Assembly: GCF_009914755.1 (NCBI RefSeq)
Contig: NC_060928.1
Direction: 5' to 3' (one strand)
DNA length: 64,000 nucleotides
Origin: the human T2T-CHM13v2.0 reference genome, Homo sapiens
The first letter of the stretch is position 1. The number at the start of each line of letters is the position of its first letter. The position numbers and the translations under genes were made by a program. The notes below the pieces were generated by a model. The model was not told where the DNA came from, ran no database searches, and saw nothing but the letters and a program-made list of their open reading frames with translations. Positions 29,162 to 42,610 of this stretch are shown piece after piece.

Positions 29162-29541
29162 TGATATGATTAGGCTTTGTGTCCTCACCCAATTATCATC
29201 TTGAATTGTAATCCCCATAATCCCCACGTGTCAAGAGAGAGACGAGGTGGAGCTAATTGAATCATGGGGTGCAGTGTCGTCCATGCTGTTCTCGTGGTAG
29301 TGAGTGAGCTCTCACGAGATTTGATGGTTTTATAAGGAGCTCTTTCCCCTTTGCTCAGCACTTCTCCTTCCTGCCACCTTATGAAGAAGGTGCCTTGCTT
29401 CTCCTTTGCATTCTGCAATGATTATAAGTTTCCTGAGGCCTCCCCAGCGATGCTAAACTGTGAATCAATTAAACCTCTTTCCTTTAGAAATTACCCAGTC
29501 TCAGGTAGTTCTTTATAGCAGCGTGAAAATGAACTAGTACA
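29162..29541 (+). mobile_element. THE1D-like solo LTR
   Basis: tgatatgattaggctttgtgtcc...gaactagtaca; perfect TSD tctgg. Confidence 0.95.
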
Positions 29542-30489
29542 TCTGGTGACACGGAATCCTTATTTCTTCATTTCTATAAAAACTAAACAAGAAACAGTTT
29601 TTGGAACTAAATAGCTGGAATCCCATTGAGCTGGCATTTCAATTTTCCAATTTACCACACTTTTTCATTATTCATGTATATGTATATCCTTCCTGGCTAT
29701 TATTGGCACTGATTTTCAGATGCTTTTTTGAAAAATGCCATGAGAAAGACCAGATAACAATATCCCTGAAAAAATATTTAAACTGAAATCATATATATCA
29801 AAGAAGCAATCTCAAATAGGCAGATAGATTACTATCATATTTTGCTTAAGCAGTGTACTTTCTTTTCAAGAAGAAGGTTTTGTTCACAGAATTCTATTTT
29901 GCATTGTTCCATTTTTGCTTTAGTGCTATTGTGGGTAATATTGCTAGGTACTAATGAGCTTGTCACTATAACTGAATTCAATCAGTCTTTTTATCCCTTG
30001 TTCTAAGATTCTATTGTGAAAATCTAGTAAGTTGTGTGATGTCATAGGTGTAACACTTTGTGCAAGTAATAGCCAGGATTTTTCAACACAGGCCATCCAT
30101 TTCATTAACTATATGGGACAGATAATATAAATAAGGAAGGAAGAATCTTTCTACCATTTTCTCTCTGAACTGGCGTACAACACACTAGACCATGTGTACA
30201 GAGTTTCTAGCAGCTAAAATGATTGTGTAACTACGTATTAAAATGATTATCATTCTTGCTGGGAGTGAAATCATTTTTCTTCAGGATAACAGAGATATTT
30301 ACTGTTGTAAACTTTACTCAGATATAAAACCTTAGGCCCACAGAATCAATTAATTTGCAAAAGAACAAATGTATTTAAAAAGTAGAGACAGGATTTGGAT
30401 ACAAGTGCTTTCTGCTATATCACCCTGTTTGCCAAAAGAGAGCCTCTCCCCCTGAGATCTTATCACTCTTCAAATAGTGATTTCTGTTT

Positions 30490-30890
30490 CTGTCAGAACA
30501 GGCCACATTAAGGAGCTATATCAAACACATCTAAATTTCAGTGGCTTATGATGAATATTTGTTCTCATTTACTGTATATGTCTATAGTGATTTGGCTATG
30601 GTTTTATTATTTATTGTGTTTTTCTGAAGGACCCAAGTCAATGCAACAATCTCTCTTTAGAACATTTCTTCTGTTATCAAGGCAGAGCAGAAAGAAAAGA
30701 ATTCCACCATAAACTGGCTCTTCAGATTTATGTTCAGAAGTGATAAATGAATGTCACATGTCACTGGCCAAAGCAAGTCACTTGATGATGCCTGAGATGA
30801 ATGATTGGTATGCATTATCATCTCACAGGGAGTGGTGCTGAATATTTTGGAAAACATATATTTTGCCAGACAACCATTAATTGAATTATA
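30490..30890 (-). mobile_element. MLT1 (J/K-like) MaLR LTR; MIR fragment just upstream (~30270-30425)
   Basis: ctaaatttcagtggctta; tcacatgtcactggccaaagcaagtcac. Confidence 0.7.
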
Positions 30891-33334
30891 ACCCCACAAA
30901 TATTCACCTAAAGATTACATACATTAATGGAGAATAATTGAATCAATGGACATCACATAATGAAATCTGAGAAGACTTTTAGAGTTAGGTGAAAACTTCA
31001 GAGTGTAATCAGAACTTAAATATTTAAGTCTTACCAAGTTTGGGGAGAATTCTGACACTAGGAATCTTGATGACCCGGGCATAAAAAGAGAAGAAAAAAA
31101 AAAACGCTTGAACATTAAAATGCCTAAAACTTTTAAAATAAGCTTTAAAAATGTTGAGTAAATAACAAAATAGTTTAATGATATAAAATATATGGGTGCC
31201 TCAGGGAAAAATTGGAAAGCAATGTAGTGGGCATATTGCAAAGTTCTTTGGATGCCAACATTTTAGAGAGAACACAAATAAAAAGCTGTTATTCATTAAC
31301 AAAAGCATCAACACTATCAACATCTACTCTCAAGATGTGTGTTTTTAATATTTAAAAGTGAAAACTTCTTAGTCCTGCAGTTTAGACACAAAGGAAAGTC
31401 ATTGAACTCAAGTCTCTATGAATGTTCTCTTTTCCAAATGAGATTTTCTATTGCTAATCATTTTGAATGCCTGCCAGAACACTTGGACTCTCGATCGGCA
31501 GGACAACACAGATGTCTATGTGCCATTTAACAGCTTTCAGGTGAAATAACTTACCAGGCAAAAAATAGAATTGACATCCAGCATACTGATGAAAAATAAT
31601 GGACTTTTTATTCATCAAGCAAATAACATTAGAAGCAAGCAGCTTAAAAAAAATTTGCTTGAATATATTACCATGTATCTTGTTAGAAAATTGTAAACTT
31701 CCTTTTGAGAAAATTTAGCATTGTTTCTTTCCCTAATCAAAGATGAATTTTTCTAGATTTAGAATGTTTCATGGATTTTATGAGGGATTTCCTGTATTTT
31801 GTGCTTTAATCTTTTTTATGACACTTGGAAACCTTGTTTTCATTTTTTTCATTGTGTTTAATAAAACTTAACAGCAAGCAAAGAATCACATTTGAATATC
31901 ACTGTTGATTGCATTAAAAAAGACAGCATATTCATTTCATCACTCTTTGCACATGTGTAGAGTTCCTCTGTACCAGGTGGGCATAATTAGGTTGGAATGT
32001 GGTTTGGCTGACAAATTATTTCCTATTGGCTGCATGATGTGTCTGCTGCATCCCCATGGAAAAGAAAATAAATGGCAATATTATTGAGAAGCTTTTGGAA
32101 AATATTTGATAGGCAACCATGGTTAGGTTTATGCAAATATAGCTTTAAAATTCCAACATTCTGAAGCCATATAATCAAGGAGAGCAAAGATTGTTTTAAT
32201 GAGAAAACTTTCTAAAGTCAGCCAATAAAATTCCATTAAAATAAAAGGATTTGATAAATTTAATCTTGATAGTTGATTTACACAATTGATCTTTTTCATG
32301 GCAAGTTTGTATATCATTTACAAAGGAAAGCAGTTACATGTGACATAGTTGATATAAATATTCCATATTAACCCAGCAAATGACCCATTTATTTTATTTA
32401 CAATGGAAGCAAGAAACATTTGTTTCAACAATGTCTCATGCTATCAAGAAGATGACAAGCCATTAAAAAATTTTATTCAAAAGAATATTAAAGAAAAGAA
32501 GCAATACAAAACAAGATATATATATACAAAAAAATATAAAACTCAATGGAAATAAATTTTGGAACTACAAGTGAATTGTTGCTGTGCACACAACCAGAGA
32601 ATAAAATGAAATGTAAGGTCTATTTCCAAATACTAGCATACACTTAAGCTTATTGAGATGTATTTAGGAAAAGAGTTTTTTCTGCCAATTTGGTTCCTAG
32701 TGAGCTCTTAATAATAATTGTGACTTAAATTTAAGTGGAATGTTGGACTGACTGTAAAGGTTCCCTTTGCTCAAAAATTTTGATGGGTTTTAGAAATGTA
32801 AAATATTATAATTCTATGAGTCATTATTAAAGTCAAATCAATATTTTCTTGGTTATATTTTTACTGAAAGTTTTGTGTAATATTTTATGTAAGGTAACTT
32901 TATAAGCTATACTTATAGCAGGTTAAAAGAAATGAAAAGCAGTGCTAAAAATGTAAAGACATATTACTTAAGTGCCTAGATAAGGAATATTCCACATAGC
33001 TGTGTTTTATAATATCTTAGTCATGAAATTAATAAATGTCTCTTTTGTTTCATAATATTACTTCTAATTTTTCAAAAGCATGGAGACTGTGGAAAGTGTG
33101 ATTTTCTAGAAATGGTGAAAATTAATCTTAAATAGTTAATTATAATATATGATGGCAAGTTAGTGCACAAACTGGTTTCCAAACTTAAATCAAATATTTT
33201 TCTGGAGTTCTGTAAATTTCAATCCATTTTAGTCATAGATTTTACAACGATAATAACTTGCCTTACTTTCATACCTATTAAGGGATCTCTTATTTATAGC
33301 AAGATCAATGCAATGCAATTGATACTGGTCTTCA

Positions 33335-33725
33335 TTTTGAATTCCTTCCAAATAAGGCCTGAAACCAGGGCTTGGGTGCAGGTAATTCTTTTGGTTGATG
33401 ATGCCAGGAAGCAGAAGTGAGAAATTAGACAAGAGAAACAGGGCTTAGGGAAAACCAGTAAAGAATATATTGATGAGTGAGTTATTGCTAGAGGTAAATA
33501 GACCTGAATCCTGCTAAGAAACTTCTAAAAAGAAACTTCAGTATCATCTCACATAAGGACCCCATGACATTTACTTCCTTCTCACAATGCTATACTCCAT
33601 CTGCCCACCAGTCTACTGCATTGAGGTGGACCAAGCTTCAGTGGAGACAAAATCTTCAGGCAGAGGAATCAAAAAAGGAGCTTACAGAGTTAGTTAGACA
33701 TAGACAGCATCTGCTGGAATACACA
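33335..33725 (-). mobile_element. ERVL LTR (LTR33/LTR16-like)
   Basis: gggcttgggtgcaggtaattcttttggttgatgatgccaggaagcag...gacagcatctgct. Confidence 0.6.
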
Positions 33726-33899
33726 TTGAAGGGACTCGTAAGAATAGTTTAAAGCACTGTTGTTATAAAAGAAAATTTGGTATCATTGTCAGAAAAAAAG
33801 AAAAAGATAAGAGTGGTTTTCTGCATCTCATGAAAACTATATACATACACATTTATATAATTAATACATTTTAAAATCTAACACCAAACATCTAATTTG

Positions 33900-34370
33900 T
33901 TTCAGAGACCTATAAAATTTACTTTCTCAATATTTCTTGAGTTATTTTCTCTCTCAGCCTTTGACAGCCGCTGAAATTTAGTTTTCTTCATTTTTCATTA
34001 GAAAAATTAGAATATCATGTTTACTGCTTGACATTTTCTCCTGCTACCAGTTTTACCTCTCATAACATCATTATGCATTATTCTCTCAAATATTTTTAAA
34101 AATATAACTATGAAGATGAAACTTTCCAGATTTAAAACTCTCTTTGGTTCTCCATTCTTCTGAAGATGGCATCACATACATAATTCTTTATTATGTGGCC
34201 CATACCTGCTTTTTCAACATATTTATTTTTTTACCACTATGTTTTCATATCTTATTTCAACAGCAAATGTTATTTACTGAATATTGACTTATTTTATATT
34301 CAGTTATCTATAAAATTAATATATTTATGCCTTTTCATATGAGATGACTTCTCATATAATATACATTTTT
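33900..34370 (+). mobile_element. L2 fragment (continues after the L1MA at ~38720-38800)
   Basis: Degenerate L2 (tttaaaactctctttggttctccatt..tgtggcccatacctgctttttcaac). Confidence 0.5.
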
Positions 34371-34424
34371 GTGGTAATTTTTTCTCTTTCTTCCTCTCCT
34401 TCCTTACCTCTCCTCTCTCTCTCT

Positions 34425-37400
34425 ATTTGTTTTTTAATTTTTGTGGGTAGATATTAGGTGTATATATTTATGGGGTATATGAAATGTTTTGATATAGACA
34501 TGCAATGTGAAATAAGCACATCTTGAAGAATGGGTATTCGTCCCCTCAAGCATTTATCCATTGAGTTGCAAACAATCCAATTACAACCTTTAAGTTATTT
34601 TAAAATGTACAGTTAAGTTGTTATTGACTATAGTCACCCTGTTGTGCTATCAAATAGTTGGTCTTATTCATTCTTCTATTTTTTGTACCCATTAATCATC
34701 TCTACCACCCCTCCAGACCCCACTACCCTTCCCAGCCTCTAGTAATCATCCTTCTACCCTCTATGTCCATGAGTTCAATTGTTTCAATTATTAGATCACA
34801 CAAATAAATGAGAACATGTAATGTTTGTCTTTCTGACTTATTTCACTTAACATAATGACCTCCAGTTCCATCCATGTTGTTGTAAATGACAGGATCACAT
34901 TATTTTTTAAAGCTGAATAATATACCCTTGTGTATAAATACTACATTGTCTATATCCATTCATTGATGGACACTTAGGTTGCTTCCAAATCTTAGCTATT
35001 GTAAACAGTGCTGCAACAAACATAGGAGTGCAGAAATGTCTTTGATATAATGATTTCCTTTATTTTGGGTATATACCCAGCAGTGAGATTGCTGGATCAT
35101 ATGGTAACTCAATTTTTAGTTTTTTGAGGAACCTCCAAAGGGTTCACCATAGTCGTTGTACTAATTTGCATTCCCACCAACAAGGTACTGGGGTTCCCTT
35201 TTCTCTACATCCTCATCAGCATTTGTTATTGCCTGTCTTTTGAATGTAAGCTATTTTAACTGGGGTGAGATCATATCTCATTGTAGTTTTGATTTTCATT
35301 TCTCTGATGATCAGCAATGCTGAGCACCTTTTTATATGCCTGTTTACCATTTGTATGTCTTCTTTTGAGAAATGTCTCATCAATTCTTGTGCCCATTTCT
35401 TTGATTGTTAGATCTTTACCCATAAAGTTGTTTGAGCCTTATATAATCTGGTTATTAATCACTTGTCAGATGAGTAGTTTGGAAATATTTTCTCCCATTC
35501 TGTGGGTTGTCTTCACTTTGTTGATTGTATCCTTTACTGTGCGAAAGCTTTTTAGCTTGATGTGATCCCATTTGTCCATGTTTGCTTTGCTCACTTGTAC
35601 TTGTGCGGTATTGCTCTAGAAATCTTTGCCCAGACCAGTATCTTGGAGAGCTTCTCCAATGTTTTCCTGCAGTACTTTCATAGTTTGAAAGCTTAGACTT
35701 AAGTCTTTAATCCATTTTGTTTTAATTTTTGTATATGATGAGAGATAGGGTTCAGTTTAATTCTTCCACATATGGATATCCATTTTTCCCAGCACCATTT
35801 GAGGAAGAGACTCTCTTTTCTCCAGTGTATGTTCTTGGCAATTTTTGTCAAAAATGAGTTCACTATAGGTATGTGGATTTGTTTCTGCATTTTCTATTGT
35901 GTTATATTGATTTATGTGTCTGTGTTTATGCCAGTAGCATGCTGTTTTTGTTACTATAGTTCTGTAGTATAATTTGAAGTCAGGTAATGTGATTCCTTAT
36001 TTTGTTCTTTTTAGTTAGGATAGCTTTGGCTATCATGGGTCTTTTGTGGTTGCATATACATTTGGGATTTTTTTTTCTACTTCTGTGAAAAATATCATTG
36101 GTATTTTGATAGGGATTGCATTGAATCTGTAGATTGCTTTCAGTAGTTTGGACAGTTTAACAATACTGATTCTTCCAATCAATGGACATGGAAGATTTTT
36201 TGTTGTCCTCTTCAATATTTTTCGTCAGTGTTTTATAGTTTTTATTGTAGAAATCTTTCATTTGTTTGGTTAATTTTTAGATATATAATATTATATATGG
36301 TTATTATAAAGGGGATTTTTTAATTTCTTTTTCACAATGTTCACTGTTAGAATATAGAAATGCTACTGGTTTTTGTATGTTGATTTTGTATTCTGCAACT
36401 TTACTGAATTTATCAGTTCTCAGTTTTCTTGTGAAGTCTTCAGTTTTTCCAAATTAAGATGATAATATCTGCAAACAAGGAAAATCTGACTTATTCCTTT
36501 CCAATTAGGATAGACTTTATATCTTTCGCTTGTCTGATTGCTCTAGGTAGGACTTCAGTACTATGTTGAATAACAGTGGCGACAGTGGGCATCCTTGTTG
36601 TGTTCCAGATCTTAGAGGAAAAACTTTCAGTTTTTCCCTATTCAGTATGAAACTAGCTGTGGGTCTGCCATATATGGCTTTTATTATGTTGAGGTATGTT
36701 CCTTCTATGCCAATTTTCTGAGGGCTTTTATCATGAAGGGATGTTAAATTTTATCAACTGCTTTTTTGACATCAGTTGAAATGATCATATGATTTTTATC
36801 CTTCATTCTGTTGATATATCACATTGATTGGATTTGCATATCTCAAACCATCCTTGTATCCCAGGGATAAATTCCACTTTGTCATGACAAATTATCTTTC
36901 CAATGTATTGTTGAATTTGGTTTGCTAGTATTTTCTTGAGGATTTTGGCATCAATATTCATCAGAGTTACTGGCCTGCAGTTTTATTTATTTATTTACTT
37001 TTTGGATGTGTCTTTGTCTGGTTTTAGTATCAGGATAGTAGTGGCCGTGTAGAGTGAGTTTGGAAATATTCCCTCCTCTTTTATTTTTAAGACTAGTTTG
37101 AGTTGTATTGGTATTAATTCTTCTTCAAAAGTTTGGTAGAGTTCAGTAGTAAAGCCATCAGGTCCCAGGCTCTTCTATACTGGCAGACTTTTTATTACAG
37201 CTTCAATCCTGTTATGTGTTATTGTTCTGTTCAGATTTTGGATTTCTACCTGGTTCAATGTTGATAGGTGGTGTGTATCTAGGAATTTGTCTATTCTTCC
37301 AGATTTTCCAATTTATTGGTATACAGTTGCTCATAGTAGCCACTAATGATATTTTGAATTTCTGCAGTTCAGTTGTAAAGTGTCATTTTTTCATTTCTGA

Positions 37401-38708
37401 TTTTATTTATTTGGATTTTCTCTTTTTTTCTAAGTTAGTATGGCTAAAGATTTGTCAATTTTGTTTAACTTTAAAAACAAAACAACTTTTTCTTTCACTG
37501 ATCTTTTGTATTGTTTTAATTTCAGTTTGTTTATTTCTGCTCCAATCTTTATTATTTCTTTTATTCTACTAAGTTTGGGCTTGGTTTACTCTTGCTTTTC
37601 TAGAACTTTAAGATGCATTATTAGATTGTTTTTTAAAGCTTTTTCTCTTTTTTGATGTAGGCACTTATAGATATAAACTTTCCTCTCAGTGTTGCTTTTG
37701 CTGTATACCATACATTTTGGTATATTGTGTTTCCATTTTCATTTGTTTCAAGAAAATTTTCAATTTCCTTCTTAATGTCTTCATTGACCCAATGGTCATT
37801 CAGGAGCATATTGTTTAATTTTCATGTATTAGTTAGTATAGTTTCCAAAATTCCTCTTGCTATTTTTTCTAGTTTTATTCCATTGTGTTCATAGAAGAGG
37901 TTTAAAACTATTTTAGTTTTTTTTTATATGTTTTAAGACTTGTTTTGTGACTCAACATATGGTCTATCCTTGAGAATAATCTATGTGCTAAGGAAAAGAA
38001 TGTGTATTCTGCAGCTCTTGGATGATATGTTCTGTAAATATCTGTTAGGTCCATGTAGTCTATAGTGCAGATTAAGTCCAATGTTTATTGATTTTCTGTC
38101 TGGAAGATCTGTCCAATGATGAAAGTGGGGTGTTGAGGTCTACAGCTACTATTGTATTGAGTCCTGTCTCTCTCTTGAGCTCTAATAATATTTCCTTATT
38201 ATTGTTTGGGTGCTCCAGTGATGGTTGCACATATATCTAAAATTGTTATATTATTTTGTAAATTTACCCCCTTTATCATTATTTAGTAACCTTCTTTGTC
38301 TCTTCTTACGGAAAATCCCATCTTCAGATGTGGGGCATGTGGGACCCAGCATGAACTCCCTCTCTGAAACATTTCCATCATGTATACCCCAGGCAGTTCA
38401 CTATCCTAGTTTCAGGGCCCACAAGTCTTAGGGGGTGTCTCTCTCTCATGACTAGAATTGCAGGAGTCTGCAGTGGGAATGTGGACTACCAGGCTCTCTC
38501 ACATACCTTTTCTCTTTGCTAGGGAGCTTTGGGGCTAGCTACCTCACTTTCCCTCTTTAATGCCTGAGGTCTTTTCTGTCACTTCTCTGCTGAATTCTAG
38601 TGTTCCTTCCTGAAACTCTATTTGAAGTATAATTATCAACTCACTATTTTTGTTTTTTCTTTGTGGAGCAGATGAATGCCAGATGCCTCTAGTGAGCCAC
38701 CTTGAATC
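34425..38708 (-). mobile_element. L1MA1/2-like LINE: 3' end to early ORF2 (34425-38309) fused to an L1M 5' end (38310-38708)
   Basis: 3' UTR gtgaaataagcacatcttgaagaatggg; ORF2 relics [27 protein letters not shown] (36033-36215) and [17 protein letters not shown]; minus-strand gattcaaggtggctcactagaggcatc resembles an L1 5' start. Confidence 0.9.
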
Positions 38709-38946
38709 ACTATTCTGAATACATCTTGAGTAAAAAGAGAAAATTGCTCATGTTTCCATGGTATGAGCCTTGTTTGTTCATTGTATCAGATACAAATATA
38801 TAATTTTCATGCAGTATAAAAAACCTTTATATATTATTATGATCTGTAAAATAATTAATTTCATCAGATTACTGATATTATTTGATCTTGTTTCTTTGTC
38901 TTCAGTTATCTGCCACTATTTTCATATTATATAACATTTAAAAGTG

Positions 38947-39022
38947 TGATAATTCTTGATAATTCAGGTGATAATTCAGGTGATAATTCTTGATAATTCT
39001 TGATAAGACTTGATAATTCAGG
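38947..39022 (+). repeat. Imperfect tandem array of 7 TGATAA(TTCT/TTCAGG/GACT) units, followed by MIR (~39025-39220)
   Basis: TGATAA at 38947, 38957, 38969, 38981, 38991, 39001, 39011. Confidence 0.9.
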
Positions 39023-39855
39023 TTTCATGAGTTTGAATCCTGCCTTCTTGGTTTATTAGATATGTGATTATTAGAAATTTATAAACTTTATCAACATTAA
39101 TATTATTATATCTAAAATGAAAATCAAAATAATACAAATTCTATTATGAGTTTTGGGGATAATTATTTGACCCAGAAAGTGATATGACTAGCATAATAAA
39201 CAACTAATGTTACTATTATTGTTTATATTCCATATGTATTATAATCTGAAGGTCCTACTCTTTGTTAATGCTTTTCTTTGAGCTCCTACCAAAAACAAAA
39301 TTCAATCATCTCCCCGAAAATAAATTATTGAGCAATTTGCAAAGTCATAAAGACATCGGTGGTCTTATATCCAAAAATTGTGGCAGCAATTGAATACATT
39401 GAGTGGCAATTTTGTAGACAACTTAAAAAGGTTCAACAATATAAATGAACACAGTATTTCCCTGCTGACCCAAATTGTATTAGTACTCTATCCTTGTTGA
39501 TAATCTCCTTAAGGATGTGTCTGATATTCAATGCTGCTAAATGGAATACCTTAAAGTAAAAATACAAGTGTAAAACCTCTATACTAAGATAGACAGTTGA
39601 AGATATTATAATGGGATTCTCCAGTCAACAATTTTGACAACCCTGAGGCTGGACCTTACTCTTAGGTTTACCTCCCAGAGATTATCAATGCATTCTTGAC
39701 CAGAGACAACACATCCAAAGGCAGATTTAAACATATATACTTCTTAAACTTCACTATTTTCTCTACTATGCAGAATTTAATAAGGTTATACAGCTTTGTC
39801 TCTGAGTCTGAGCAGTGTAAGAGGGAAACAATCAATGGGGTCTAGGGAATATATA

Positions 39856-40368
39856 CAGTTGGCCCTCTGTATTTGTGGGTCCCACATCCGCAGATTCAAC
39901 CAACAACAGATGAGAAATATTTACAAATAAAAATAATTTTAAAATACAACAACAAAAAAACAAATTTTAAAAGAAAGTGTAACAACAAGTTCAATAGCAT
40001 TTACATTGTATTAGGAATTCTAAGTAATCTAGAAATGATTTGAAGTACAGTTGGCCCCCTATATCTGTATTCCGTATCCATGTATTCAACCAACTACAGA
40101 TTGAAAATATTGGGGGAAAACAATAAAACTAACAATAAAACAATAAAAATAATACAGATAAAAATACAGTATAACCACTATTTAAATAACATTTGCACTG
40201 TATTAAGTAATATAAGTAATCTAGAGATGATTTAAAGTATACTGGAGAGTGTGTGTTTGTTATATGTAAGTACTACTCCATTTTATAAAAGGTACTTGAG
40301 CATCCCTGAGTATCCTTGTGTGGGGGAAAGCCTGAAACCAATTTCCCATGGTTTTTGAAAGATAACAG
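39856..40368. mobile_element. MER2 dimer: partial copy 39856-40047 plus full copy 40048-40368
   Basis: Both copies start TA|cagttggccc; final copy ends ..ataacag|TA. Confidence 0.9.
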
Positions 40369-41659
40369 TATTTTTAGATCTGCCGTTGTATGTGTTGTAA
40401 TTGGGTCTTTTGTGCTTTTTAGCCTTACAGCTTCTGTTTTTAAGCCTAAATGTACATATAGTGATTAAAATAATTAATGCTATATAAGTTAGAGAGTTTA
40501 AAAATCTAAATATTTTATTTGTTTTTTAATCTGCAACATAAACCTCACCTGAGTTATTCAGAAACATAAATGAATACATTTGACAACATCTCTTCTAATT
40601 GTATCTCTTCAATACTTCAAATATTTCATCACAAATGTTTTTTATTCTATACAATTTGTCATATGCTAATTTTCTAAAACTATTAAGAATGCTATCATAA
40701 CTATAAACAAAATGAATAAAATTATTGAAACGAGTAATTTTTTATGAATAATTAGAAAAAACTTTGAAATAAATACTGTCGATATCTTATGGAAAGCAAA
40801 AATCTATTTTAAAGACACAACACAGTCTCAGAAATTCTTTATTCTCTACACATTCATGTGCTGCAGGAAACATTCTCTTTATACTTTCTGTTCTATGAGA
40901 GGATCAGTAAGGCTCAAAGGTCATTGCCCTTGATTCCATAATTTATTTTTCATATTATCAGAAGTCAAAGATACATTAAAAAAGTGTTTTACTTACTTAA
41001 TTGAGTGGTGCAAAACAGATTTATTTCACATTGGTAATTTTAATGTACCACTCTTAGAGAGTCACATTTTTCATATAGAGATACTTTCATGCAAATATTT
41101 TAAGCATAAGAGTAGCAAGTTTTATTTAAAAAAATACACTATCTCTATATGTAGATATTTCCAAAGTCTGATAACAAGTGGTACATATCAAGAGAAATTT
41201 CAACAAAATATATAAAATTATGCTAATAACCAGTAGAAGTTTATATTATGACATCAGTGAGCATAATACTTTTATACTGAGGGAGATAGTTAAAATTAAC
41301 ACATAAAAAGTATCATTTTCTGAATGTCAAAAAACAATTGCAATCAAATAAATATTATACAAAACAATTTTATAAAAATGTAACATGTAACCTTGCTTAA
41401 AAGTATAGCATTTACCTAATTAACCTAGTCTAAAAATACAGTATTTCTTACAAATAAATACATTTTCTTTATAAGTTTCCTTATGTGTGTCTTTATGTTG
41501 TTTTCTTGATAAGGTGCAATGGCTAAAAACATTAACTACATTATAAGTATTTTAAAAAGGCATTTTAATAGAAAACACTATTTTCAGTTTAGGAATATTC
41601 ATGACATATAATCATTTTATATTTTTAAATACTACATATTTTATCTTTACAGGAATTTT

Positions 41660-42541
41660 TATATTATCTTCTTCATTAATACATAATGTTTGTGTATATT
41701 TATGAGGTACATACGGTATTTTGTTACATACATAGAGTGTGTAATGATCAACTCAGGATATCTAGGATATCTGTCACCTTGAACACTTAGCATTTCTACA
41801 TATTGAGAACATTTCAGGTGCTCTCCTAGCTATTTTGAAATATACAATACCTTGTTGTTAACTATAGTCACCCTACTGTGTTATTGAACATTAGAACTTA
41901 ATTCTGTTATCTAACTCTGTTTGTACCCATTACATCAATCTTTCTTCATTCACCTCCACTAACACACACATACCCACACCCTTCCCAGACCCTAGTAACT
42001 ATCATTCTACTCTCTACTCCAGTGATATCCAATCTTTTGGCACCCCTGGGCCACAATGGAAGAAAAAGAATTGTCTTGGGCCAAACATAAAATACACTAC
42101 TGATAGCAGATGAGCTAAGAAAAAAAAATCACAAGAAACCTTATAACGTTTTGAGAAAGTTTACAAATTTGTCTAGGGCCGCATTCAAAGCCATCCTGGG
42201 CTGCCTGAAGCCTGCGGGCCCCATGCAGCCTTCGGGACCCAGGTTAGAGAAGCTTGCTCTGCTCCAGGTATCAACATTGTTTAGCTTCCACATCTGAATA
42301 AGAACATGCAATATTTGCCTTTGTGTGCCTGGGTTATTTCACTTAACATAACAACCTCTAGTTTCATGCATGTTGCTGCAAATGACATGTTTTCATTATT
42401 TCTATATCCAAATAGTATTCAATTGTATATACATATATCATATTTCTTTATCATTTTGTCCATTGATAACTATTTCAAATAGTATTTAATTATATATACA
42501 TATACCATATTTCCTTTATCATTTTGTCCATTGGTAACTAC
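41660..42541 (-). mobile_element. L1MA (MA4/5-like) 3' end, interrupted by MER30
   Basis: gtgtatatttatgaggtacat..tgtgtaatgatcaa..; gttatttcacttaacataacaacctctag. Confidence 0.85.
42020..42256. mobile_element. MER30 (hAT-Charlie MITE)
   Basis: cagtgatatccaatcttttggc...gagaagcttg; 8-bp TSD ctctactc/ctctgctc. Confidence 0.92.
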
Positions 42542-42610
42542 ATCAATTCCACTAACCCTTTGCTATAATTTTGATGACTGCATAAGTCAAACATTAAAGA
42601 ACTGGAGGAA

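Noticed and set aside
31548-31600. Possible ~31-nt minus-strand micro-exon (tttttcatcag ... ctg|gtaagt)
   Set aside because: No partner exons or other support; cannot be distinguished from chance without RNA data.
35699-36215. L1 ORF2-like peptides (also 1042-1523, 3324-3539)
   Set aside because: Short fragments broken by stops and frameshifts; dead LINEs.
38947-39022. CRISPR-like repeat array
   Set aside because: Units are 10-12 bp with no unique spacers, in primate DNA; it is a minisatellite.
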